Of a stretch of DNA of 64,000 nt, positions 13,225-26,229 are shown in pieces. The translations under genes were made by a program, and so were the position numbers. The notes under the pieces were generated by a model. That model was given only the letters and a program-made list of their open reading frames with translations, was not told where the DNA came from and did no database searches. Source of the stretch: Chiloscyllium plagiosum (taxonomy: Eukaryota); contig NC_057718.1 of NCBI RefSeq assembly GCF_004010195.1, forward strand, positions 41,561,803 to 41,625,802, given 5' to 3'. Numbering within the stretch: the first letter of the stretch is position 1; every line of letters begins with the position of its first letter.

Positions 13225-16200
13225 GGGGCTCAATTATTGGTGCACTCTACTCAAATAAGTTATGATGATTATATAATCTCATTATTTCAACGCAGTTTGC
13301 TATTTTCTCACACAGTGTAGAAAAACTAATGGGGTAAAAACAATGACTGCAGATGCTTGAAACCAGATTCTGGATCAGTGGTGCTGGAAGAGCACAGCAA
13401 TTCAGGCAGCATCCGACGAGCAGCAAAATCGACGTTTCGGGCAAAAGCCCTTCATCAGCAATAAAGGAATAGAGAAACTAATGTTGGTCGCTCCTGAGAT
13501 GAAGGTGTGTGCACGTACCAAGCACCTCCAGTTCATTGCTTGCTCATCCAGACCTCCACCTTGGTCAATATTTCCCAACATCTCATGGCATGCTCCACGA
13601 ACAGCAACCATCTACATCCTTCATTCATTTGGTTGGCACTGGACAGGTACCAGCCTTACCACATCAACATGGCACATCTCCAACTCAGATATGATATAGT
13701 TCACCCTTTCAATATTGTACTTTGGAATTCACTGACACCTTCTGTGGCAATGTTGCTGCCAGGCCAGTTCGAACATAGGCACAGGCACCTAGCTTGTGCA
13801 TTGTAACAGTGCATCTCAGAGCTCTTAGCTTGTTCTTTTAGCACTCACTCACTTTGAGCCTACTTTGATGCTCATAGCATCTTTGCCCTGTGTGGCTTTG
13901 CCCTTTAGCACAGATACAAAGGCAGGCAGTTTGTCATGGTTGCCAGGCATGGGTGTAGCTATGTGTCAACAGCACCATTTCACAATAATATCACAATTAC
14001 AGACATGTGCCCGCAACTTATATGGCAAACTCACTGAATTTGCTTCAAATACATTCCATGTGTCAACGTCTAAAGGAAGCAGGTTTTAATCAAGTTAAGG
14101 ATCTGGTGTCATTAGTCAGGGGGTTCTGCCATATTCAGTTCAGAGCATTGTATAATCTCAGTCCATGTGCTTGAATGTGATCAGTCACTTGGGGCATTCG
14201 AGGTCAGGAATTTTGTATCACTTTAGCCCAGGGATTGGGTCATGGTCAGACCTGCAGGATCAGTGCAGACAATCTGGGGATTAGCAGTAAGTCAGTCACT
14301 GAGTTGCACAGTGTTCAATTAGGAGTTTTATCACGCAATAGTATGACCTCGCCTTTCAAGTTGATTGGCCGTGGGACAGTCAGTCTATGGGTTCTAGTTG
14401 ACTTGAAGTCAAGTAGGCTTATCAGGTACACTACTGTGGTGGGAAAGTCAATTGTGGGAATTTCAGAACGCAAAATGGGATGTCGAGTGGACACAGACTG
14501 TAAAGGCTTATAACTCAATACGTAGAAGGGTGGGAAACTATAATGCATTGGAGGTCACAGTTTACTGTGGGAAGGGGGTTTATCAATGCTCATCACCACC
14601 TTGGCTTCATTGGGGGAACAGTATGTCATGACAGTTGGCATAACAAAACTGTAGGACTGGGACTCAGGGGATAATGTTGGTAGATGAAGGTTTAAATGAA
14701 AATATTGGGTGAGAACATTTGGAATGAAGGGGTTGACAGGAAACGCAAAGAAGAAAGGAACTTGAATGTTTCGGAAGATCATCTATATTAGCAGGCTGAG
14801 CCTGCTAGTCACTCTGCAAAGTGTGACAGGCATTAGCTTGCATCTTCATCTCAATCACAAATGCACAATGGGAATTAAAAATGGCCGCACCATGCCTGGA
14901 GTGGGCAGAGTAAACTTTCCTCCTGACTGAAAGGGCCGACTCTATGTGTAAGTGATTTGAGGACCTTCAAGGGCCAATTCCATTTATCAAGCACTTACAC
15001 AGTACAGGTTAAAGACATTACAATCATAGAATTTTGTATATGAACCACAATCAGTAACCAACTGTGTTGATGACAAATCCTGGTCACAAGCACCTTGACC
15101 ATGTCATTGTCACTGCATCATGATCACAATCATCTTCTTGAGGTTGAAGTAATTGCAGTTAACCTCAAGAGTGTCACCTGAAGGCCACAATTCACAAAGA
15201 CAATCTACAGTCTCAGAGGCTGCACACAGGCACAGACTGATATCCTCTCACCTTTAACAATATTTAACAACATACTCGTACATGGAATTTTGCCTTTTAT
15301 TGGGTGAGATGGGGCTGGGTGTTGGGGCGGGGGGTTTGGCGCATGGTTTCAGTAATCCTACCACATTTCCAATCTCCTCCTGTATTTGTGTGATATGGCT
15401 TGTGTTACAAACATTGAAACAAGGTCCACTACACCAGAAGTCCATGGACAGAAACCCTCCTTGTCAGGGTCCTCCATGTCCCACTGCAACAAGGACTATT
15501 CCAAATGTGAGTAATGCAAATGCTGACTGCTCACGTTATTAAAGACCCTTGATGTTTCTGATATCACTCACTCAGGTTCATTGCAATCATGGGTAATGGG
15601 TCCAGTCACAGCAGGGTTTATCCTCACTGAAGGCACAGAGAAACTGAGGAAGAACAAATGAACCAGTAAGCCCAAGGCCAGCAGCAAACTCTAGCAGCTA
15701 TTGAACTGTCTCTCCATGAAGAATTTGCAGCTGAAGGTCCCCACAGGATGAGGAGGAGTTACAGAAGGTCCCCTCATTAAGGCTGAGCGCAAATATAATG
15801 TTACTCAGTCTTTGACAAGGCCAAGGGCTGTGGTAGAACAGATAACAGGCTTCCTGAAAGTTAGGTTCTGATATCTGGGTCTGTATATGGGCCAGGGGGG
15901 TTGTAGTATACTCCAGACATGTAATGTGCCACATAATCTTTGCAAGCTGTGCTTTGCAGAAGTGGAGGGGATATAATGGGTGCTGTGAGAGTGTAAGCAG
16001 TCTCCAAAGGTGGAAGATGAGGATATTGAGCAGGAAGAATGGTACCTTTACTATGACAGCCCAGGTACAAGACGTCAGACAGAACTTAACAGATATCTGT
16101 ATCCAATTGAAATGAGTTGAAAGAGGTCATCAATCATTGACTGTAAATCTGTTGTTGACTGAAAGGCATGCAGCCCCTATTTATTGCCAGAAGCAAATGC

Positions 16201-16825
16201 AGCTTTTTTTTTTATTAGCTGCTCCTTTGCTTTTCCTGTTGTTTAATAAAAGTTAATGTTAACAAATGTTTGTAGCCTTTACAATACTCTGATATCCCCC
16301 AAGACAAGATGTTATGTTGAAAAGAGTAGCAATCCTTCAGACAAAGTTTTAAATTGGTATGATGCTAAGGATGGGTAACCCTTGTAACTTCAATCTTGTA
16401 GCTGCAGTTACAAGAACAGTCAAACAAATTGGTGATAATATAAAGTGGCAATACCTTCTATGAATATGCATATCTATGTCCAATGAAGTGTCACCAGTAC
16501 CAACTATGTGGCCTTGCAAGCCTTGCTTTTACACTTCCCTCCCGCTGTGTGAAGGGTTATTTGTGGCTGGCAGTATTTGACCTGGTGCACAGCTGGAGTT
16601 TGAATATGGCACTAGTGGACTAAATCCCAGAAGTTCTTGTCAATACTTCTGCTGCTGGTCAGTAGACTGATAGCGCAAGTGAGCGATTTCCGGCGTGGTG
16701 CATCCATAATGAGGTGAGCAGCAGAACATTATGTGAGATAACTTGCTAGAGCTCATGGACAGAGACCCTCTGTGAAACTTCCTGAAATTGACACTTAACA
16801 TAATTTTTGGCAAAATTTAGCCCCC
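13225..16825. mobile_element. Possible decayed TIR (Harbinger-like) element
   Basis: Ends GGGGCTCAATTATT / AAAATTTAGCCCCC resemble the TIRs at 2776/4166; internal coding remnants too decayed to assign. Confidence 0.35.
13427..13462 (-). ncRNA. Minimal hammerhead ribozyme motif in a Penelope-related repeat (13335-13460)
   Basis: CTGATGA-A-GGGC-TTTT-GCCC-GAAA-C-GTC-GATT on the minus strand, perfect stem II. Confidence 0.72.
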
Positions 16826-19800
16826 ACGTCTCTTTCTTTCAGCAAAACTTTGAAATACAAGTCTTTTCATTTGCTTGTTCTTGATTTATATTGCTGTGCA
16901 GTTATACTACACAGGGAAAAATGTGAAATTACAGTTCATCTTTCATAATTAACATTTACGTCTTATTTCAAATGCAAAATAGATAGAATTCTGTCATAAT
17001 ATTGATGCGTCTGAATGATGTGTGAATCATTTGAGGAGTGACATGTGGAAACTGAAGCATGCTTTTGAGGAATAGATAACCTTTGAGTTGTGGCTCACAA
17101 AATCTTCCATCATTACTGATTTCTCTCACCTCATGCTTGGGTCTATAGCAAACTGATTGATAGAAATGGGATGCCAAGACTTGTTAACATTCCCATTCCA
17201 TTGTATCATGTAACATCTCTCAATGATAGAATATGAACTAGGTGGATTTTGGTCTTTTTCTAATCTACCAATTGGTAAAGTCTAATCTTTTAGTTTACAG
17301 GAAACGTTGCATTCCCACATGATCATCACAGACATTACATTTGTGTTGACATTTTCAAAACAAATATTGAGCTGCTAATAACAACTTCTTATTGTTAAAT
17401 TATGTAATTCATACTTTGGATTTACATGCTGACTGTTAAATTCAATCCCTGCTTTGAAGTTTTGTGCTTTATCCTGGTTATTACTAACAGGAATAACAGC
17501 AAGTTCTAATTTTGTGTTTATTTTGTGTAACACGCAAAAATATATTTGACTTTAAAGGGTGAAAGGAGGCTTATTGCCATGGTGGTATGGTGTATTGTTA
17601 CACCAATGTGCTGTAATACATGGTCCAGCACATGGCACGATACTATGCTGGATTCCATGGCCCACATGTGAGTTCCAAACATTACTCTAGTCCTAAGATT
17701 ATAACTCAATATCAAATCCAAGAATTTAACCCTGTTTTGATCCAAAAGGTAAACTAAAGGGAATCACATATCATATCACTTATCTACCCAACACAGCATG
17801 GAGCATCAGAAGGGGTTCAGATGGGCTGCAGGTAAATGAAGGGAATAAAGCAGGATACCTGTGCAGACGTACTTAAAAATATCTAACATGCCTGATTCAT
17901 TCATGTAACACTACCCTTCAAAAATATTCAGCCACAGTTACCACAGTCTATGTTGAGAAAATGAATCAAATTAGAGCTACAGATCTTTATTGCTACTATT
18001 TCTCTTTTCAAGGATTTCCGAGTTGTTTCAATCTACGTTTAGTTTGAACAATGGAAGGTAACTTTATAGGCACACAAATGAAGACAACTGTTTCGTGCTG
18101 TCATTCTGACTGATTAGAAAATATTTTAGAAGCCATAAATAAGACTTGAGGGAGGGTTGCAGAATGTTGTGTGGTATTTATTTTGCAAAACATTCACTTG
18201 ACAATATTAGTTTCCATACACACCTTTCTCATAAAATAAAAGAAGCTTTAAATTCCACAATCCTTCATAAGGAGTGGAATTAATTTGCAATTGATGCTGC
18301 TCAAGTAAGTTAACGCTGTGCAGTGCTACGTATAAACCATTGAACCAACCTTGGTGGCAAGGAACATTTGCTTCAAATCCAGAAACTGCTCCTTTTGTAT
18401 CTGGATTAATTTGTTTCAGTGTGGTATAAACATGAGGTAATGAAATGGTTGCCTGTGTTCCATGCCACTCAAATGTCTGTTCCACATGAAAACAGACAGC
18501 TGATCCACTATCACCAGCTTCCACCCCAGTCTGCGTTTAAAATAAGTTGGAGTTGTAAACAAATTAATGTCCTAATGCTGCCTTTGAAACGGTGAAGTTA
18601 TTTCCCAAAACTGCGCTCAGGTAAGTCACCTCCTGACTGTAAACGGTACTGCTGCTTTTCAGGAAAACTCACTCCACAAGAATTCATTTTCTTGAGACCT
18701 ACAGTACATTTCCAATCACGTGGAGGAAACTATGGCCAGGAAATTCCTTGAACCTGCTTGTACTCTACCAGCATAACTTTGCCTGGAATGTGGCATAACG
18801 AGATTCATGGTATGCTTCTGGAAAAATATTTATGGCAGATCAAGACCAGCTCCAAGGGACCTGCTGGTCTATGGAAATATCATTTTAGACCATTAATCCA
18901 CGTATACTGATGGACTGTCAAAATGTTGGTGCTGATAGCATAAAAATCATCAGCACAAAACTGCTCCAAAAACATGTTGGCAGGGGGACACAAAGTTGCT
19001 CCAGTGGCAGGGACACCCAGTTTCTTGGCTTCATCCCTTTATGGACTATTTTTGCAGCAGTGAAATGGGGGCAGCACCAGGGCTACCTGTCCACATTCAG
19101 ATTATTCAGTCAGTCTTTGGGTTGATGCAGGTGTCAATGAGCCCAGTGTAACTGTTTAGAAGTGGCCTCTTGGTGTCAGATAGAGAAGTGGGGGGGGGGG
19201 GGGAAGGAAGTGGTACTCTGCAAGGACCCGTCCTGCCTGCCTCATGAAGCAGTAACTACAGGCCATTCCATCAATGAATGCTCTGCTGCCTTTCACCATG
19301 GTGACTTGGCTGCCAAAGTCACTTTCTGGTTTAAATATAAAGTTGGCAGCAACTTTCCAGCAACTCCTGAAACCAAGCACATCCCAAACACAGCGCTTTG
19401 TGTTCCATTATACTCATTTGGAGCGGTCACGAGGACAACCTAATCTTTGGGCTGCCCAAGGTCTCCGTAAGCTTTGCCCAGGCTTGTATCCTGGAGAGAA
19501 CACTTCAGTTTTGCTGCAGAATGTCACTACAACATGAAAGTTACAATCGATAAGCCCAGTCTATTGGTCAAGAGAAGGGGTATTTCAAGTAGCCTTCCTT
19601 GATGGGACAGTCCATTGTGACCCACAGGTCAGCATTGGCCAGCTCAAATCAGACTGTCTCTAATGGGTAAAGAACTGATCTGCCTCTACCTTTCTCCTTC
19701 AATACAGATTAGAGTTTTACTCAACATGTGGACATAATCTGTCACATTAAGCAAAAAAGAAGTTAAGTCTTCCATCAGCAAGCACTGCTTTGAGAGAAGA

Positions 19801-19948
19801 ATATAGCTGGTTGATAATGTGCAGTTCACATTTACTGTAGTGAGTTATAAGGAACCTGATAGGGTGAATATAGATGCACTTTGTCTTCCAGAGACCACTG
19901 ACACAATGAGCAGAACGCTGAAAGGATCCCAGGTTCAACCAGCAAGGG

Positions 19949-20500
19949 AAGAACATAGAACAAAGAATGTTACAGCACAGTACAGGCCCTTTGATGTTGC
20001 GCTGACCTGTGAAAATAATCTGACGCCCATCTAACCTACACCATTCCATTATTATACATACGTATGTCCAATGCCAATTTAAATGCCTTGGTGTCAGTGA
20101 GTCTACTACTATTGCAGGCAGGCTGTTCCACACCCTTACTACTCTCTGGGTGAAGAAACTACCTCTGATATCTGTCCTAAATTTATCACCCCTCAATTTA
20201 AAGCTATGTCTCTTGGTGTTATCCTTCAGCATCCAAGGAAAAAGGCTCTCATTGTCCACCCTATCTAACCATCTGATTATTTAATACGTCTGATTAAGTC
20301 ACCTCTCAAATTCTTCTCCAACGAAAACAACCTCAGTTTCCTCAGCCTTTTGTTGTAAGACCTTCCTACCATACCAGGCAACATCCTTGTAAATCTCCTC
20401 TGAACCCTTTCCAAAGCTTCCACATCCTTCCTACAATACGATGACCATAACTGCATGCAATAATCCAGCTGTGGCCTTATCAGTGTCTTGTACAGCTGGA
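19949..20500 (-). mobile_element. CR1-like LINE 3' fragment (different subfamily)
   Basis: LYKTLIRPQLDYCMQLWS...ERVQRRFTRM; FFTQRVVRVWNSLP; (TTCTATG)-type tail. Confidence 0.88.
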
Positions 20501-20599
20501 AGAGTTCAGAGGAAACATATAAGCAAAGTGTAGGCTTTGTTATAAGTAACTTGCCACTATTGATGACAGAACCCTCCACAAATGGTTCAGAATCTCAAC

Positions 20600-23110
20600 T
20601 CAAACAGGGCCATTAGCCTCATAAGTATTTATTCTCCAATGTATGCTCCACTACAGCAGTACTATGAGAAGCCTGGCACTGCTATCAGCAGAATCACTAA
20701 GTAAGATTATCTTTACTCACTGAGGGAATTCAGTTGTAACAGTACATGAGACAAGGCCCTCCTGCATTGGATGTTATGATCTGGGAAAGATAAATGACAA
20801 TGGACAGAGACTACTTGTGCTATGCTGCTAATAGTTTTGTGTAACTCAAAGCTTCTTTTCCACAAGGTGTCTGGAGACATTGAAGTTCAGCGCATTGGCA
20901 CCAACTGAATCTGATTGACAGATACTGTGATACAGATCCCTACCTGGTATTCACCAGGGTTAGGGTGCAAGACTTCATGATTCTCACTGAAAGCTGAAAT
21001 GCTGTCCCTACATCAACATCACTTGTACTGCCTGCTGAGATATTTAAAAAATCCTCAACTTAGCTGATTCTTGGTATCCTCAAGCCTTCACAAACAAAGT
21101 GCATGAGGGAAAAGAAAGATACTGGGAGATACCATCCACAGTAACACTCGAAATATATGGGAAACAAGAATGGGAAATTGCTGACTGTTTTGTGGTTAAA
21201 ATCATTGAGATTGCACTTGTCATTGAATTCAAGTGGTCGGTTCTCTTTATTTGTAAGAGAGATCCAAGAAAGAAGACAGTGAATGCATTAATAGCAGTTC
21301 AAATAGAAAGCATGTCAATAACTACAGTTTGTAACTTTGCCAGCATATCCAGATGTCCTTCGACACATGGAATGCTATAACTGTATGAAATGATCAAAAA
21401 GGCAATAACAAAAAAAAATGAAAACAATGCAAACAAAGCCTGGGGGGGTCATTACTGACTGCAGTAAACAGTTGGTCAGATGGTGGAACCCTGCCTTGAG
21501 TTATACCCTAGGGAGAACTCTGTCATCAAGGAAGAATTAGACTCTACAGAATGCCTGCCTATCATGGAAAAGGATAATATCAAACCCACAACAGGGCAGA
21601 TTAGCAAAGCAATTGACTTCCTCCACATGCTGATGATATACCACCGGAATTTATCAAGCTTGGTGAACTGGCAGTTAGGCAATGTCGGAAAAAACTGCTG
21701 TTTCTACCAGAGGGAGGGGCAGTGACTCGTGAGAAGCAGATGCGTAGATTGTGACCCTTGTACATGACTGGGGTCAACTGTAGTGAGTGCATCAAATATT
21801 GAGGCATCTCCTTGCTGGGCATCTTGGGACTATGCCAGACCATGCTGTTGACTGTATCCCAGTGTGGCCTCAGGACTAGGAGATCTATAATTGACATGAT
21901 TTTCTGCAGTAAGAGAAAAATCCATGAACAAAGAGGACATTGTCTTTATTGGTGACAGCAAGTCATTTAACTATGTAAGAAAGAGAAAGTGAGGGCTGCA
22001 GTTAGTGGAGATCAGAGCTGATAATGTATTGCTGGAAAAGCACAGCAGGTCAGGCAGCATCTAAGGAGTAGGAGAATCGACATTTCGGGCATAAGCCCTT
22101 CATCAGGAATGGCTGAAGGGCTTATGCCTGAAATATCGATTCTCCTGCTCCTCGGATGCTGCCTGACCTGCTGTACTTTTCCAGCACCAGACTCTCAACT
22201 ATGTAAGAAGAGATGGTTTATTTAAACAGCAGCAGAAAATTGACTTCTGGCTCACTGCATTATACTCTTTTTGTAAAGGGTAAGATCAATTAGGACATTA
22301 CAAGCCTTTAACATTCACAGTGGGAATAATCAAATACTGATGTCCTTTGACACATCCTTTTCTTTGCTGCTATCATATATCTTCAGGTCATCTACAGAAG
22401 ATGTCAGAATAGACAGAAAGCTAGTCATCCTTGCTCATTTGAGATCCAAGATAAAAGTACATTCAGACCTCACGGAGGGTTGTCTACACTCTAATGCTGT
22501 ATTAGTATTCCATGCTAAGACACACATTCAGTGGCAAATGGACAGATTTTCTCACATGTGTAAAGAGACTGATTTGACCACCTGCATGAGGAAGAACATC
22601 ATGGTGCAGGATATTGCCATACTGCCATTGATCAGCCCTGCTAATGTGACTATGGAGGATATTGCCAGCTTCTCATCTCCCGCCTCCACAGTCAGCAGCA
22701 CTGTGTCACTTGGTGCGTAAATCAACACACATATCACAAAAGCTTCAACTGAATAAGAGAGAATGGAACAATCACAACCTAACTGAGAACATCAAAACTA
22801 GGGTTTACTATCCAGCATCCTCAGAACACTCCTCTACAACAATAAGATCTGGACAATGTACACTAGGCAGGAGTAAAGACTGAAAGGTTTCCATCTTTGC
22901 CATCTCCTATGCATCCTTTGCATCTCATGGAAGGACAAGGTCACTAGCTCATTGCTCCTGAAGCAGGCAAATTCAATTAGCATACACGAATGGGAAGCCA
23001 TCAATATCTGCACAAACTCAGCCAAGTTCACTGGATAAGTGACAGCTACACATCCAAAGACCATACGTATGGTGACCTGGCCACTGTCCATGACCTCCTG
23101 GGCAGACATA
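20600..23110 (+). mobile_element. Degenerate RTE-clade LINE (endonuclease + RT remnants)
   Basis: Frame-broken motifs: GKINDNGQRLL, HKVSWRH...HWHQL, SQCGLRTRRSIIDMIF, WTMYTRQE.RLKGFHLCHLLCILCISWKDKVT. Confidence 0.78.
21982..22196. mobile_element. Palindromic Penelope-related non-autonomous insert with hammerhead core
   Basis: 73-bp inverted arms 22030-22102 / 22114-22186; 13-bp TSD AACTATGTAAGAA (21969-21981 / 22197-22209); inserted in the RTE LINE. Confidence 0.85.
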
Positions 23111-23328
23111 TGTGCTCTGGTCCTTTTTCTGGGCTCCTTACTCCTGCCTCACCCCTACCTTAATCCTCCCCCTCACATCTTCTAATAAGGATCTTTCTTT
23201 TTCCTTGAGCACTTTTCTCAAGGGCTACTTTTTGATTTCAGAAACTTCTTTCTTATTCTCGCCAACTTGATGCAGTCACTTAGTAACACCAACTTTTGCA
23301 TTTCTGTATTGCTGAAAAAAGACCTATT

Positions 23329-23364
23329 TTGTTGAAGCTTTTCATCTAATGCTCATCAGGACAA
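23329..23364 (-). ncRNA. Minimal type I hammerhead ribozyme motif (degenerate)
   Basis: TTGTC-CTGATGA-GCATTAGAT-GAAA-AGCT-TC-AACAA: conserved boxes, palindromic stem III (AAGCTT), stem I TTGTC/AACAA with one mismatch. Confidence 0.65.
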
Positions 23365-23713
23365 TTCACAAGAATACCAATTCAATGGAAAAAAAACACA
23401 TTTATATCAGGAGACAGGAGAGTGCTGATTGATAGAAATATTGCCATGGAGAATATCACTGTGAATTCAATTGAGAAATAACTGCAAGGCTTTGTTTAAA
23501 TTTTAAACCAGGCCGATTAACTTTAACGAGTCAGATTAATACCTTGAAAAATGAACCAGTCAATGGCTGTCACTGATTTTGTTAAACTGAAATAGGCACA
23601 GTGTGTATGTACCTGGTCTGTCTGTAAGGAGCAAGATCCACTCTATTAATATGTGTACCTCCAGTATATATGCATTCACCACACTTTGAGCGTGACTGAT
23701 ATCCAAAATTATT

Positions 23714-24017
23714 AGGAGAGACCAGGACCTGAAAGCACAGCCTCACAGTGAAGCAGTGACCCTTTAGAACAGAGATGTGGAAGGATTTCTTCAGCCAGGG
23801 AGTGGTGAATTTGTGGAATTCATGGTTGCAGAAGGCTATGGAAGGCAAGTAATTGAGTGTATTTAAGACAGAGATAGATAGGCTGTTGATTAGTAAAGGG
23901 ATCAAAAGATGTGGGAGAAGGCATGAGAATGGTACTGAGAAACATATCAACCATGATCGAATGATGGAGCAGATTTGATGGGCTAGATTGCCTAATTCTG
24001 CTCCTATATCTTACGGT
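23714..24017 (+). mobile_element. Old CR1-like LINE 3' fragment inserted in a Penelope-like element
   Basis: Same 3' UTR type as 30590-31020; splits the GIY-YIG frame. Confidence 0.8.
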
Positions 24018-24389
24018 ATTCTGACTATTAATATAATTGCTTGCACACTCAGGATTATACAGCAAATATTGTTGAATTGCAGAATGACACATAATGTTGC
24101 ACAGTGGGTTGCATGTTTTGCAAGCACGGGCTGGTTGAGTACAGTCAGCAAATTGTTTGTTACAAATGGAAGAAGGAACATCTTGTTGGATATAGTCTGT
24201 CAGTCTTTGGAACAGATGGTCCACAAACATGGCATCACACTGGCACTGAAATTTATATACCGTTTTATTCAATTGCGTGTAATCTGATCTAATCAGGGTA
24301 GCCATTATCCAACAGTATGGCTTTGATGCGCCTTTGTTCAGTATGTCTCACTTCATTGTTTTATGAGAGGGAAGACTGTCACAATTAGT

Positions 24390-24690
24390 TGGGGGAGGTG
24401 ATGATCTAGTGGTACTAGTAGACACAGGTAATGTTCTGGGGACCCATGTCTGAATCCCAGCAAGGCAGATAGTAGAAGTTGAATTCAATAAGATGCTGGA
24501 ATTAAGCATCTGATGTTAACTATTACATCTCTGGTTTATTAATGTCCTTTAGGGAAGGTAGCTGCTGTCCTTACCTGATGTGGCCTCCACACCCACAATA
24601 ATGCTGTTGACACTTAATTGCCCTCTGTGCAATTAAAGAATGGCAATAAATTCTGGCCTAGCTAGCAACACTCATATTCTGTGAATGAGT
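24390..24690 (+). mobile_element. Older tRNA-type SINE (second family)
   Basis: Homologous to 26230-26550 and 58935-59293 (TAATGTCCTTTAGGGAAGG...GTCCTTACC...TTGCCCTCTG...GGCAATAAA). Confidence 0.7.
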
Positions 24691-25350
24691 TTTGAAACAG
24701 GTTTCCCTCCAAGCTACGTGCTACCATCAAGACTTGAAATTTGGAACATTATCACCATCCGATCATCACTGCTGGGTCAAAAGGCTGGAACTCCTCCTCT
24801 AACAGCACTGTGGGTATACCTAGAGTCCAAGGTTTGCAGCAAGTGAATCTTCTCATACAGTGCCAGTTTCGCACAAATATTTCAGCCTGAGAGTGGGGTT
24901 CTGAAGCCCACTGGGAGATTCTTCTTTAGTGACATTCCTAATATTAACATTCACCTTCATAGTGAGCACACACTCTTTACGAATAAGACAAGGAATAATC
25001 TTATGAAAAGGAATACAATGTGTTTTTAAACAATATTGCTTATGTTACAACACTTATTGTTATTCATTTAAAATTAAATCTGCTTCAAACTATGCTTCCT
25101 AAGTCCTGTTTCTTTGTAACTCCAGACAGAGGCATAAAAATTGCCACAACTCCTCAGTGAGAGAATGAGGGCTGGCTGGAGGAAGAGTATGGTTGTTGGA
25201 ACTTATTCCAAACATCACAGCAGCTATTACTACTTCAGGTCACACAACCCCAACATTTTAGTTTGTGACTCCATTTGAGGTGCCAAGATTGCCTAAGCCC
25301 AACTTGGGAAATCCCTGGCTTAAACATATTGTAAGGAATATTGCTCCTTT

Positions 25351-25795
25351 TAGTCATAGAGTCAAGAGATGTACAGCATGGAAACAGGCCCTTTGGTCCA
25401 ACTCATCCATGCCAACCAGATATCCCAACCCAATCTAGTCTCACCTGCCAGCACCCGGCCCATATCCCTCCAAACCCTTCCTATTTATATACCCATCCAA
25501 ATGCCTCTTAAATGTTGCAATTGTACCAGCCTCCACCACTTCCTCTGACAGCTCATTCCATACACGTACCACCCTCTGCGTGAAAAAGTTGCCTCTTAGG
25601 TCCCTTTTATATCTTTCCCTTCTCACCCTAAACCTATGCCCTCTAGTTCTGGACTCCCCGACCCCAGGGAAAATACTTTGTCTATTTATCCTATCCATGC
25701 CCCTCATGATTTTATAAACTCTATACGGTCACCCCTCAGCCTCCGACGCTCCAGGAAAAACAGCCCCAGCCTACTCAACCTCTCCCTATAGCTCA
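25351..25795 (-). mobile_element. CR1/HER1-like LINE 3' fragment
   Basis: ORF 25441-25707 is near-identical to the 12273 and 51576 copies. Confidence 0.92.
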
Positions 25796-26229
25796 GGTCA
25801 TTAATAATTAAAACCTGATAATATCCCTTCACTTGAAAGAAAAATGTTGAAGTTTGTACTTATTGTGAGCACCGAATAAGCACAAAAATTAAGGAGTAAA
25901 GTTTAAGAACAAGCCCTGCTATATATTGGCAAGTTTTGAATGGTAATTAGGTAATGTTTTCTTGGAAAGAAAACTGTGCCATTTCACTTATCTCAGCAGT
26001 AAGACAGAGAAAATATTTATTCCATTTGTCACAGCACACCGAAACTGGTTATCTGGAATACTCGATGCTATTTGCTTTTCTCCAAATGTAACTGTTCTTA
26101 ATGAAAAAAAAGTTGAAACACAGAGAAAACATTTTACATGAGAATGATAAGTCCTTTAAAATAATGCACGATATAAACAAGAAAAGGTAACTGGGATGAA
26201 TATTTCAATCAATCATTTTACATGCAGCA

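Larger units (their letters stand above)
23300..24290 (-). mobile_element. Penelope-like element 3' remnant: GIY-YIG endonuclease fragment plus terminal hammerhead motif
   Basis: VYKFQCQCDAMFVDHLFQRLTDYIQQDVP...SAIQQYLLYNPEC (degenerate VY.F.C.C...YVG.T.QRL..RI..H); continues after the CR1 insert; hammerhead core at 23329-23364. Confidence 0.78.

Noticed and set aside
18618..18626. Perfect plus-strand donor CAGGTAAGT
   Set aside because: A single 9-mer is expected by chance in a window this size; no partner exon.
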